Notes: a model not told the origin generated them from the letters alone. A DNA stretch of 64,000 bases from Centroscyllium fabricii (GCA_051313645.2 JBNRSN020000024.1:30752001-30816000), one strand, 5' to 3'. Positions 13,054-23,849 are shown, counted from the first letter of the stretch. Numbers and translations are program-made.

Positions 13054-14566
13054 ATAAAGGATATCTTCCCCCTACGGCCGCAAACCTCATAGTTCCCCAA
13101 CCCCGCTTCTACCTCCTTCCCAAGATCCACAAACAGGACTACCCTGGTAGACCCATCGTTTCAGCCTGTTCTTGCCCCACGGAACTTATCTGTTCCTATC
13201 TCGACTCTTTTTTCTCCCCTTGTCCAGTCTCTTCCCACCTACAACCGCGACTCTTCCGACGCACTCCGCCACTTTAACAGTTTACAGTTTCCCGGCCCCA
13301 ACTGCCTCCTTTTCACTATGGATGTACAATCCATCTACACCTCCATCCCCCACCAGGTTTCTTCCTTGAACAGAGACCCAACCAGTCTCCATCCACCACC
13401 ACCCTCCTCCGCCTGGCTGAACTTGTTCTCACATTGAAAAACTTCTCCCTTGACTCCGCTCATTTTCTGCAAATCAAAGGTGTTGCTATGGGTACCCGCA
13501 TGGGTCCTAGCTATGCCTGCCTTTTCATGGGATATGTGGAACACCTTTTGTTCCAGTCCTACTCGGGTCCCCTCCCTCACCTCTTTTTCCGGTACATTAA
13601 TGACTGTATCGGTGCCGTTTCCTGCTCTCGCCCTGAACTAGAAAATTTCATTTCACTTTGCTTCCAATTTCCACCCTTCCCTCACCTTCACATGGTCCAT
13701 CTCCGACTCTTCCCTTCCTCGACTTCTCCGTCTCCATCTCGGGGGACAGTTTATTGACCAACATTCACGACAAGCCCACTGACTCCCATAGCTACCTGGA
13801 CCGCACCTCCTCCCACCCCACCTCCTGTAAGGACTATTCCATTCTCCCAGTTTCTCCGTCTCCGCCGCATCTGCTCTGACGATGTCACCTTCCACACCAG
13901 TGCTTCCAACATGTCTTCCTTTTTCCTCAACCAAGGATTCCCCTCTACTGTGATTGACACGGCCCTCGACCGTGTCCATTCTATCTCCTGCACTTCTGCC
14001 CTCACCCCTGCCCCTCCCTCCTGGAACCACAATAGAGTTCCCTTGTCCTCACCCATCAACCCACCAGCCTCCACATTCAACGGATCATCCTCCGCCATTT
14101 CCGCCACCTCCAGCGTGATCCCAGCACCAAATGCATCTTCCCATCACCTCCCCTTTCAGCATTCTGTAGGGACCGCTCACTCCGCGACACCCTAGTCCAC
14201 TCCTCTACCACCCCCAGCACCCCTTCCCCTTTGCCCGGCACCTTCCCGTGCAAGCGCAGGAGATGCAACACATGCCCATATATCCTGTGTTCCTTGAATT
14301 TCTCCTAATGTCTCTTATCTCCCCCGCCTTCTAGCCTGTCGCTGATCTTTCCTTTGTTCTTTCAGCCCCCCTCCCCCTTTCCTCAGCCCCTACTTGCTTT
14401 AAAATCTATCCCCCCTCCCGGTTTCTCCAGTTCTGAAGAAAGGTCATCGACCTGAAACGTTAACTCTGCTCCTCTCTCCACTGATGCTGCCTGGCCTGCT
14501 GAGTTTCTCCAGCGTTTTCTGTAGCTATTTTGGATTTCCAGCATCCACAGTATTTTGCTATCACAT
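13054..14566 (+). mobile_element. Penelope-like element (Neptune-type), decayed, GIY-YIG deleted, with pLTR
   Basis: [48 protein letters not shown] motifs; C-X4-C-X2-C (CKRRRCNTC); 15-bp TSD-like flanks. Confidence 0.9.
14429..14465 (+). ncRNA. Minimal type I hammerhead ribozyme motif (Penelope pLTR)
   Basis: AGTT-CTGAAGA-A-AGGTC/ATC/GACCT-GAAA-CG-TT-AACT; palindromic stem III AACGTT. Confidence 0.75.
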
Positions 14567-14980
14567 TAATGCGATCAATGAGCTGTTTAATCTGTTCTGC
14601 ATTTGACGGAGGAAGAAATGTTGGCCAGGACACTTGGAGAACTTCACTGCACTTCAAAATAGTTGCAATGGAATATTTGGCTTGTAGATTGGACCCGAAA
14701 TAGACTCTAGCTCCCTGTGAACCATGAATTTCTGAACAAACTATGCTGACCTTTATTAATCCCCTCTAGTTTCCACAAGGAAAGAGGTTTTCAATCAGTT
14801 CTTTATTCAATTACTCACTGTACCAGTCATTAAATGGACCTCATTAATAATGTGTTTTCTTGCACAAGGTAGGAAACGGAGAAATCCACTTATCTGGTCG
14901 TTTTGCAACATAGAAACCTCCAATAGGAGCTCAGCATTGAAACTGAAGAAGTCATAATAATCAAAATTTTAAAACTTCAC

Positions 14981-15094
14981 CTGTAAACAACCACAGGAAT
15001 CCTTTTCCAAGACCTGAAGGTCCCAACACTCTCCAATTCTTTATCCGTGATCCACACTGGAACTAGCAGCTTTTGGGGATAACTGGCACACATC
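14981..15094 (-). CDS. MTMR4: MTMR4 coding exon (myotubularin phosphatase domain), 114 nt
   Basis: MCASYPQKLLVPVWITDKELESVGTFRSWKRIPVVVY(R); YPQKLLVPVW and RIPVVVYR are MTMR4-type rather than MTMR3-type; acceptor ttgcag, donor gtgaa; phase 2/2; preceded by a 33.4-kb intron. Confidence 0.95.
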
Positions 15095-15357
15095 CTGCAA
15101 AGCCAAATGCAACAAGGTATTAAAAAGGTGAGTTCAGTCCAAAGCCACCTTATGCCAAGAGATACAGACAATAAGGGGTCAATATGAAGGCACAAAACAA
15201 CTTGACAACACAGATGTAGGCAACAACTGTTAAATTCCATCAACTTAATCCAAGACCTTACATTGAGACACAGGCAGCACGGTGTCTATACATTATATTA
15301 CACATACCGTGATTCCAGAGCCTACGCATACATTGCAGACAAGTTACAGTTCTGGGG

Positions 15358-15850
15358 TGAAGTAGAATATTAAAAATTGAGCACATAGAGGGCAAGTATC
15401 AAGATTTATTTGTAGGAAAAGCAGGTCCATAGCAGATGAACTCACAAAGGGTTACAGACTGGAACATGCCAACAGCCTTATGTTTGACTTGCAGAACAGA
15501 GGAAACAAAACTTACAAGCTCTGATGAGTTTCTGCAGAAAACAAAACTTACTGGACAAGATGTTGAGATCACTATGTTATCTATGTGTGTCAGGAGCCAC
15601 TACCGGATAAGTGATTAATGTATAACTCTTTAAATTGATTGGATCTCTGAGGAGGTAGTGCAGCTATTTTGTGTATAAATGTGTGTTTTTTAACGGCTCA
15701 CCGGAGTTGGCTTCATGTAGGGATGTGAAGGGACTCCCCAGGCCTGAAATAAACCGTTGTGACTTCAATCATTGGGTCTGTCTTTCTTTCAACAAGCCAG
15801 TGTCATTGACCTTGCATATCACTTGGTCCGCACTTTGGGGGCTTACTTCA
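15358..15850 (+). repeat. ERV 5' LTR (493 bp)
   Basis: Direct repeat of 22850-23340; TATAAA 15674-15679, AATAAA 15748-15753. Confidence 0.95.
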
Positions 15851-15852
15851 TT

Positions 15853-15870
15853 TGGCGACAAGAATGGGAT
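15853..15870 (+). promoter_or_regulatory. Primer binding site, tRNA-Ser(GCU)
   Basis: TGGCGACAAGAATGGGAT versus TGGCGACGAGGATGGGAT, the complement of the vertebrate tRNA-Ser(GCU) 3' end as I recall it: 16/18 match, 2 nt after the LTR. Confidence 0.8.
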
Positions 15871-16237
15871 GCGCGATCTGAACAAAACTCTCGGACAACG
15901 ATAACCTAAGACCGGTGAGCATGTTTAGATTACCACCTGTAAAATTAGAGGTTAATCGCTGGTGAGAGGCTAAGTAAGATCAACACATAAAAGAACTACA
16001 AAAAAGAGACACCTTTGATTGAAGGCGGTTAAAAGTTACTGGACCGCGGGACCAGAAAACAAAGTAGTTAAAACAGTGTGTTTTAATACTAGAAAGGAGA
16101 AAGAGCCCTTCTTTCAAAAAAAATAATAAAAAAATTTTTTTTTTTTTTAAATCAGTACGGGGTGGGCAGCCCCGGAGTCGAGAAGCAGAAAAAGTAGCCC
16201 GGTCGACAAGGGGCGGGGAGCCTTGGAGTCAGAAGAA

Positions 16238-16575
16238 AGCCGGTAGGCAGCGAATCCGAGAGTGGGAAAACCTGAGCGCCGGTAGGTGGCGAACCCGAGA
16301 GGCAGGAAAACCTCAGAGCCGTGAAGCAACGAACCCAAGAAGCGGGAAAACCTCAGAGCCAGGAAGCAGCGAACCAGAGGCGGGAAAACCTCAGAACCGG
16401 TAGGCGGCAAACCCGAGAGGCGGGAAAACCGCAGAGCCAGTAGGTGGTGAACTCGAGAGGTGGGAAAACGTCAGAGCCAGGAGCGGCGAACCAGAGAGGT
16501 GGGGAAACCTCAGCCGGTAGGCGACGAATCCGAGAGGCGGGGAAACCTCAGAGCTGGGAGGCGGCGAACCCGGGA
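16238..16575 (+). repeat. ~39-bp CpG-rich tandem array in the ERV leader (~9 units)
   Basis: Unit ~CGGTAGGCGGCGAACCCGAGAGGCGGGAAAACCTCAGAGC. Confidence 0.9.
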
Positions 16576-19375
16576 CTGAGTGAATGATTGTACAATCGGG
16601 AGTGAATGAAATAACTCAATAGGCACAAGAAGGTTAAAACCAAAAACCTCGTGACTAAAGGGTTGGTGCGTGTGTTTAACGAAATGCAGTGATTGACAGG
16701 AAGTAAGAGACTAACCAAGTTAACCCTGTAGTGACAAGCAACAGAGTACAAACCTAATTTACCGACAATGTGAATTAAGTGCTAACATAACATTTGGATA
16801 TGACTAAGCAAATGGAGGAAGGACCCTTTGGAGAAATTGGAGGGGGACCCGGGTCCTGTAACATGATATGTCTTTGATAAGGACAAAAGGTTAATAGAGA
16901 AAATGAAAAAAGGGTGGAATCCCAAAGACTGCAGAGAGTCAAAGGGCTTGGTGGAGGGGACAACCCAAAGATAAAAGAGGGAAAAGGGGGAAGGGTAATC
17001 TGAGCTTGTTACCAGAGACAATGTAAGGAATTGAAACGGAAGGAAGAGATAAAGGAAAAAAAAGATCGAATTTGCAGGCTAACCAATCTGAAAACTCAGC
17101 AAAGGAAGGGAAATCAGGGATTTGGAAAGCCAGGAATATCTGCTGAGATACTGATTTAAAAAGAGAAACAAAAGAGAAATTTAAAGCTTTACCGACATGG
17201 AAGTTATTAAAATCTGTGGCAAGGCAAATAAAACGCAAGATTTGCTGAGTGAAAGGAACCTTAAAAAATGCTGGAATTTTACTGTGTGTTAAAAGTGTGA
17301 AAGGTTTTCCTGACTATATTCCTTTCTCGGACAGAGAAAAAAAAATGTCTGCTGTGTGTTTCAGCTCCACCCACTTTTCTGTGTTAAAAAAAACATTTAG
17401 CCCTTTTGTCTTGTTTTGGATTTTGGAAGTTTTAAGAAGGTGCGAATAAGATTGTGCCCCAGAATGAAAAAAACTTTGAACTACAATTTAAGTTAAGCTG
17501 GTGTGTAAAAACTGAAGAATAAAAAAGTTTGTTCAACAAAAGATTAAGTTTCAGTCTAAGATTTAACCTTGGAGCAGTTGCTACGGTGAACTCTTTCAAA
17601 GCAGTTTGATTTGATTTGCTTAAATGTGAAAAACTAATTTTTCTCCAGTTATATTCAATGGTTTACAGTATTTTGGAAAGACATCTGAAGGACAATAAAA
17701 AATGACAATTTATTGTTTTCTGCAAGAATATGCTATTTTGTTTTGTTTTGTCTGTTCATTATTTTACAAAGCTAAGCTTCAGCCTTGAAGTTAGTTGCCA
17801 GTGTGCCTGGAAGAAAATAAATTTGAATGTGAATGTTTACAATTTTCCAAGTAATACTAGTTAGTTAAAAAAATTGATCCGGATTAAATTGGAGTTATGA
17901 GGCTAATTAACCTATTAAAACTAGACTTTTATTGTGGCCACAGAGACATTCTGGTTGGTGTAAATTTGTGTGGACTGCATTGAATAAGATAACCCCACCC
18001 CGCAGAACATCCGATAGTGGCAGGTCCCTTTACAATATTTAATTGACTACGGTACTGGGAGCCCAACATAATGCGGGACTAAAGGTAAACCCTAGAAAGG
18101 TACAGGTAGGGAAGGACAAAGTAATCTCCTTGGATACATAATAACACAAGGGAAGAGACGAATGCCCGATGACAGATGGGAGGGGCATTAGGACCCAGAG
18201 GAGCAGCACCAACCTCTGACTGCGTGCTTTGATTTCTCACAATCCCAAACAGCTAGAAATGGCGGCAGGAAGGAACCGAGCCAGAGAGGGTAGGGGTTAA
18301 GGCAGGTACTAATGTTTTGCTCCACCTTCTTAAAGCCTGCAGAGGAGTTAACCCTTTCCACTGACAGCTGCTTAAGTTCACCAAGCAACAACTTTAGTAT
18401 GAAATTTAAAGATATTGGATATTATTAAATTTAAGTTCTTAATTTTAAGTTAATATTTCCCCACAGTGATGGAGGAAAATTATGATTTGATAAATTAACC
18501 ACTTCGGCTCTAAGCAGTCATAATGGAGTATCTTTTTTTTGTTATATAGAAGTTATCTTGTAAACTAATTGCAGCACCATCTCAAACGGTGGGAAGGCTG
18601 CTTGGGAGACTGTCCTGGTACCCAGAGATCGATCTATAGATAGTTCGAAATATGGGGCAGAATCCAGCCTCCATGATGATCATGGGAGGGGAGGATCACC
18701 AATGTATGAATGAGGAAGAGTCAGAAAATGACAGAGTTAAAATAAAAGAAATACCCCTGGCTGAAGCACACTTGGAGTTATATGTAGATGGGTCCCGAAA
18801 ATCTGTACAGGGAAAGCCGAGGACAGGCTGGGCGGTGGTGACTGGGGATGGAACGATGCTACAAGCCGGAACTCTCCCCAGGGATAAATCCATTCAAGTA
18901 GCGGAATTGACAGCCCTGACGGAAGCCCTGAGGATAGCCGCTGGAAAAAGGGCCAATATTTATATGAACAGCCACTATGCCTTCGGAATAGTGCACGATT
19001 ACATGGCCCCCTGGAGCAGGAGGAGATATATCACCTCAGGGGGAACCTCCCATACAACATATAGACATAGCAAAATCATTGGTGGAAGCCGCGCAGGGGC
19101 CAACAGAGGTGGCTGTAATAAAGGTAAAAGCACACACCAAGGGAAAGAAACCTCAGGAACAAGGTAATAGGGCAGCAGATTTAGCCGCCAAGGCCATGAT
19201 TTAAGTACCATATGCCAGCGCAAAAACAATTGGAGGAACCCCAGTACCCCTTGAGCCCCTTGAGTATAATATTGTCAAATTGCATCAAGAAACACCAGAA
19301 GCCGAGTTAAAAATCTGGGAGGAAAAGGGGCACGGTCAAGGGATGGGGTATGGAGAAAAGGTGGTCGGATATGTG

Positions 19376-19675
19376 GCATAGTGGTTAGCACTGTTGCCTT
19401 ACAGCACTAGAGACCCGGGTTCAAATCCAGCCTCGGGTGACTATCTGTGTGGAGTTTGCACATTCTCCCCGTGTCTGCGTGAGTTTCCTCCGGGTGCTCC
19501 GGTTTCCTCCCATAGTCCAAAGATGTGCGGGTTAGGTTGATTGGCCAGGATAAATTGACCCTTAGTGTTAGGGGGATTGAATATGTGGGGTTACGGGGAT
19601 AGGGTGGGATATGTGTCGGTGCGGGCTCGATAGGCCGAAATGGCCTCTATCTGCACTGTAGGGATTCTATGATTC
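19376..19675 (+). mobile_element. V-SINE (HE1-like) with short GATTCTAT tail, inserted in ERV integrase
   Basis: TSD TATGTG; removing it restores GRICAPSCIQEELMRLYH. Confidence 0.92.
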
Positions 19676-20601
19676 TATGTGCACCCAGCTGTATTCAAGA
19701 AGAACTAATGAGATTATACCACAGGTGGGCTCACACCGGGGCCAGCCACATGATAGATAATTTAGGCCGATGTAGGTGGTGGCCCGGACTATCAAATAGT
19801 GTGAGGAAGTATTGCAAGGCTTGCCACATTTGTGCGCAATGCAATACTGGGAGGCCGGTGAAGGTAAAGTGGGGCAGACAGCCAAGACCACAGGGACCCT
19901 GGGATAAAATACAAATTGACTTCACAGGGCCCATAGTGAAGAGCAAAGGAAAAATATATTGTTTGGTGATAATTGACCAGTTTACCCGGTGGGTGGAGGC
20001 TTTCACCACCTGAAACTGTACCGCGGGCAGAAGAAATAATATCCAGGTGGGGAGTCACCTTACAAATCGACTCAGATAATGGGACACACTTTACGGGGAA
20101 GGCAATGAAGGAAGCATGTGCCCTACGAGGGGTAAAACAAAGGTTCCATATACCGTAGCACCCGGAGAGTTCGGGCATAGTAGAGAGGATGAACCGGACA
20201 TTAAAACGATCCCTCACTAAAGCAATCATAGAAACAGGACAAGGCTGGGCAAAATTATTGCCCACAATTCTGATGAGGCAGAGAGCCACACCAAATAGGA
20301 CAACTGGACTAACCCCTTTTGAGCTAATGACGGGAAGGGCCATGGCACTCCCCGAAGGAATAGTCACAAGAGGGGAGGACGTAGAGCCTTTAAAAGACAG
20401 ACTTGGTAGGTTTGTGAAGCAATTATGTACAGAACTACACGGGTTAAGGTAGGAAGCCCGAGACCAATGTATGTTCTATGTTCTATGTTCTATAATCAGG
20501 GACTTGGAAAAAGACACAGAGGAACACCTGGGGTGGGAAGCCAGGTAATGTCCAGAATCGTACCAGTGAAACTGGGACTGCGGCCCCGGTGGGAAGGACC
20601 A

Positions 20602-21003
20602 TATAGAAACATAGAAGACAGGAGCAGGAGTAGGCCATTCGGCCCTTCGAGCCTGCTCCGCCATTCAATGAGATCATGGCTGATCATCCAAACCCAGTAC
20701 CCCGCCCCTGCCCTCTCCCCAATCCCTCGATCCCTATCGAGCCTACACCGACACATAGCCCACCCTATCCCCGTATCCCCACATATTCAATCCCCCTAAC
20801 ACTAAGGGTCAATTTATCCTGGCCAATCAACCTAACTCGCACATCTTTGGACTGTGGGAGGAAACCGGAGCATCCGGAGGAAACCCACGCAGACACGGGG
20901 AGAATGTGCAAACTCCACACAGATAGTCACCCGAGGCTGGATTTGAACCCGGGTCTCCAGTGCTGTGAGGCAACAGTGCTAACCACTGTGCCACCGTGCC
21001 GCC
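20602..21003 (-). mobile_element. V-SINE with long CR1 tail, inserted in the ERV integrase GPY motif
   Basis: Splits RWEGPY from EVLMTSD; A/B boxes and V-domain present. Confidence 0.92.
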
Positions 21004-21105
21004 CTTATGAGGTGTTAATGACCAGTGATACCTGTGCATGTGTAGACACACACGGCACAGGAAGGTGGAAACACTGGACACAGCTGAAATTATATAAGAA
21101 TTCCA

Positions 21106-21372
21106 ATGAGTAGTCCTGAAATTATACCTTCCATGGAGAGCGAGGATTACTTGTGCAGGGTCCAGCAGGAAAGGGAGGACCTCGTGCTCGTGCTAATAAC
21201 ATTATGCTGCATGGTGCTAGTAGTATCCTTTGTAGTTTGTATATTTAAATACATCTGGGAAAGCAGCCAGGAGGGAAGGGGCATGCACCCACCAGTGAAT
21301 CAACCAAGCGAAATGATCGAATTAGTAAGGATAAATTGGAAACCAGAATTAGTATGTATTTGTATAATCTGA
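21106..21372 (+). CDS. Putative ERV accessory ORF, 88 aa, one transmembrane segment
   Basis: ATG overlaps the pol stop; hydrophobic LVLVLITLCCMVLVVSFVVCIF; no internal stops. Confidence 0.45.
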   Translation: MSSPEIIPSMESEDYLCRVQQEREDLVLVLITLCCMVLVVSFVVCIFKYIWESSQEGRGMHPPVNQPSEMIELVRINWKPELVCICII

Positions 21373-21701
21373 ATGACTGTGATTAATGTATACATACATA
21401 TTAGAAAAGATGGCAGGATAGAATGAGGGCACGGGATGACATTGGGCCCGAAATGATAGCAGTAAGATTGGACTAATCAATCGCTGGTGACAACCAGCCT
21501 TGTATTTCCACAGAACAGGCCAAAGGAGGAACTGAACGACGAAGACAGCCGACAGGCAACAAACAGAATGATTAAGTATTTGTTTGTATGTGGCCTTCTA
21601 GGCCTGAGTGCACTCGGTAATGAGGAAGGAAAACCCAAAAGGATAGGGAATAGTTATCTGTACATGTCATGGAAGTATGCAAGTCAGCGAAATCTCAAGC
21701 T

Positions 21702-21881
21702 AAGAACCGAAAATGCTGGAAAAACTCAGCAGGCCAGGCAGCATCGGTGGAGAAATACAGAGTCGACGTTTCGGGTTGGGACCCTTTATCAAAACTAAAG
21801 CTGGGGAATGAAACACAAGCAGGAAGGCGGGGGGAGGTGGGAGGGAACAAAGAGCAGACAGTACAAAGAGAAAAGACTTGG
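21702..21881 (-). mobile_element. Short Penelope pLTR fragment inserted in env
   Basis: Reverse complement matches the pLTR at 14430-14520; bounded by AGCT on both sides. Confidence 0.8.
21761..21796 (-). ncRNA. Minimal hammerhead ribozyme variant (U3/A8 core)
   Basis: AGTT-TTGATAA-A-GGGT/CCCA/ACCC-GAAA-CG-TC-GACT. Confidence 0.55.
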
Positions 21882-22837
21882 AGCTGTTGGGTTTGCACCA
21901 GGGTCCCAACACACAAGGGAAGGGATCCCCCATGGTGGCAGGCTAGGGGATATGAATACCCCGAAATGGTCGAATGGTTGGTAAAACAGAACACCAGCCA
22001 TGGTAACTATTCATGGGTAAAGAAAATGTGGACGAGGATGTGGAGGTCAGCCGGGTACCCGATGCAACCAGGCCACCTCCCTCGTCAACACTGATGGGAG
22101 AGCACAGGGGAACATGGTGTCTTAACAAAACCAGAAGCAAGGGGCAGTTGATGGGGTGGAGCACCTGTGATAACTTCATTGAAGTAGAGGTAGATTTAAT
22201 AGTCAAAAATGGTGTAGTCGTTCCATCAGGGGTCAGGATGGTTGGGGGCATTGGGTGCCTCAGTGATACAATGCATAATGATATTCCTCGTGATTGATAT
22301 TGCAATATACCGTGTATTTTTGCTGATCAAGTGCCTCTGTACTAGAATGAGTAAAACTGCTGTGACAGAAGCCGGAAATAAGGAGGTTGAGAAGTTAAGT
22401 ATGGGAAACTCCTTTACCTCACCAACGCAAATGGTGCAGGACTTGATTCGAAGCCCCGAAATTACAAGGGATTAATCGGATATGGTAATTAATGACCGGG
22501 CAGGCCGGTCATAAGACAGGGGTGGCAGAAGAGGGAGTGATGTGTGATGACGGTCACGGAAGGACACGTCACACACCCACCGAGAGAGTGAATGACGAGC
22601 TGGAAACAGAAGCTCGAGCCATTAATGCAGGGCCTAAGGATCCCGGGAATGGCCACAACGGAATCGAGGAGAGGAAAACAGGAAGACCACCATACCGTGG
22701 AAGTCGGCCTCCAAATTGGTAGTTTAGGGACACATGTATAACCTCGACTGGTAAAAGACCGGGCATGTGCACCTCTGGCAGACACTACGACATGGAAATA
22801 CATGTTGACCTATATTGGAACAATTGTCCAAAAGGTC

Positions 22838-22848
22838 AAAAGGGGGGA
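22838..22848 (+). promoter_or_regulatory. Polypurine tract
   Basis: AAAAGGGGGGA just before the 3' LTR. Confidence 0.9.
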
Positions 22849-22849
22849 C

Positions 22850-23340
22850 TGAAGTATAATATCAAAAATAGAACATACAGGGCAAGTATCAATATTTATT
22901 TGTAGGAAAAGCAGGTCCATAGCAGATGAACTCACAAAGTGTTAGACTGGAACATGCTAACAGCCTTATGCTTGACTTGCAGAACAGAGGAAACAAAACT
23001 TACAAGCTCTGACGAGTTTCTGCAGAAAACAAAACTTACTAGACAAGATATTGAGATCACTATGTTATCTATATGTGTCAGGAGCCACTCCCGGATAAGT
23101 GATTAATGTATAACTCTTTAAATTGGTTGGATCTACGAGGAGGTAGTGCAGCTATTTTGTGTATAAATGTATGTGTTTTTTAACGGCTCACCAGAGTTGG
23201 CTTCATGTAGGGATGTGAAGGGACTCCCCAGGCCTGAAATAAACCGTTGTGATTTCAATCATTGGGTCGGTCTTTCTTTCAACAAGCCAGTGTTGTCGAC
23301 CTTGTATATCACTTGGTCTGCACTTTGGGGACTTACTTCA
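22850..23340 (+). repeat. ERV 3' LTR (491 bp)
   Basis: About 25 substitutions and 3 small indels versus the 5' LTR, counted by eye. Confidence 0.95.
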
Positions 23341-23849
23341 TGGGGCTATATATGCATTACACTACACACACATTGTAGTCCCAGTACCCCGTGTATGCAT
23401 TATATTACATGCAATGTGGTTCCAGTGTCGCTGTGTATACATTGTATTGCCCACATATTGCAGGTGCAGAGCCCCACATATACATTATATTACAGAAGCA
23501 GTGGTTCTGGGGTGCCCAGTATACACATTGTATTATAAACAGCATGGTTTCGGGGTCGCTTATGTAAAAATTATACGATACAAATAGAATTAATTCCATG
23601 GCCCATCATGCATACATTATATTACACACACGCAGTGGTTTCAGGTTCCTTGCACATGTATACACACTGTGGTAAGTTGCCCCATGTGTACACATATTAC
23701 ACTATACATACCTAATGAATCCAGTTCCTCGTGTATACATATTATACATACAAAGTGATTCTGGGACCCCATATATATATATTACACACACTCGGGGTTT
23801 CTGTAGGTTTTATAGTACACACGCTGCGGCTCAGATTTATGTACATATT

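Larger units (their letters stand above)
12915..14680 (-). mobile_element. Degenerate Deu-domain SINE split by the Penelope insertion
   Basis: Tail at 12915-13053 and Deu-domain continuation at 14567-14680; 15-bp near-duplication TAATG(A/C)GATCAATGA at both junctions. Confidence 0.6.
18040..21113 (+). pseudogene. pol: ERV pol remnant: RT C-terminus, RNase H and integrase (frameshifted, two SINE insertions)
   Basis: GLKVNPRKVQ..LGYII; LYVDGS...QVAELTAL...NIY.NSHYAFG; H-X3-H/C-X2-C; IQIDFTGP, IDSDNGTHF, SSGIVERMNRTLK; RWEGPY. Confidence 0.92.
21568..22475 (+). pseudogene. env: ERV env remnant (signal peptide, SU N-terminus, membrane anchor; ectodomain largely deleted)
   Basis: MIKYLFVCGLLGLSALG signal; NSYLYMSWKYASQRNL..SCWVC; GWLGALGASVIQCIMIFLVI anchor; splice acceptor ccttgtatttccacAG at 21513 with branch point CTAAT upstream. 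Confidence 0.8.
15358..23340 (+). mobile_element. Endogenous retrovirus, two-LTR provirus with internal deletions
   Basis: Paired LTRs with TGAAGTA...TACTTCA ends; 5-bp TSD TGGGG (15353-15357 and 23341-23345); PBS, PPT, RNase H, integrase and env remnants. Confidence 0.95.

Noticed and set aside
15515-15560. Hammerhead-like CTGATGA-GTTTCTGCAGAAAAC in the ERV LTR
   Set aside because: Both LTRs have AAAA where GAAA is required, and I find no stem I/III partner or NUH site; it is better explained by a palindrome and a local AAACAAAACTTAC direct repeat
16238-16575. Regularly spaced repeats resembling a CRISPR array
   Set aside because: Head-to-tail units with no unique spacers, no cas genes and a vertebrate context
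21568-22475. Domesticated syncytin-like env
   Set aside because: Interrupted by an insertion, frameshifted and missing the fusion machinery
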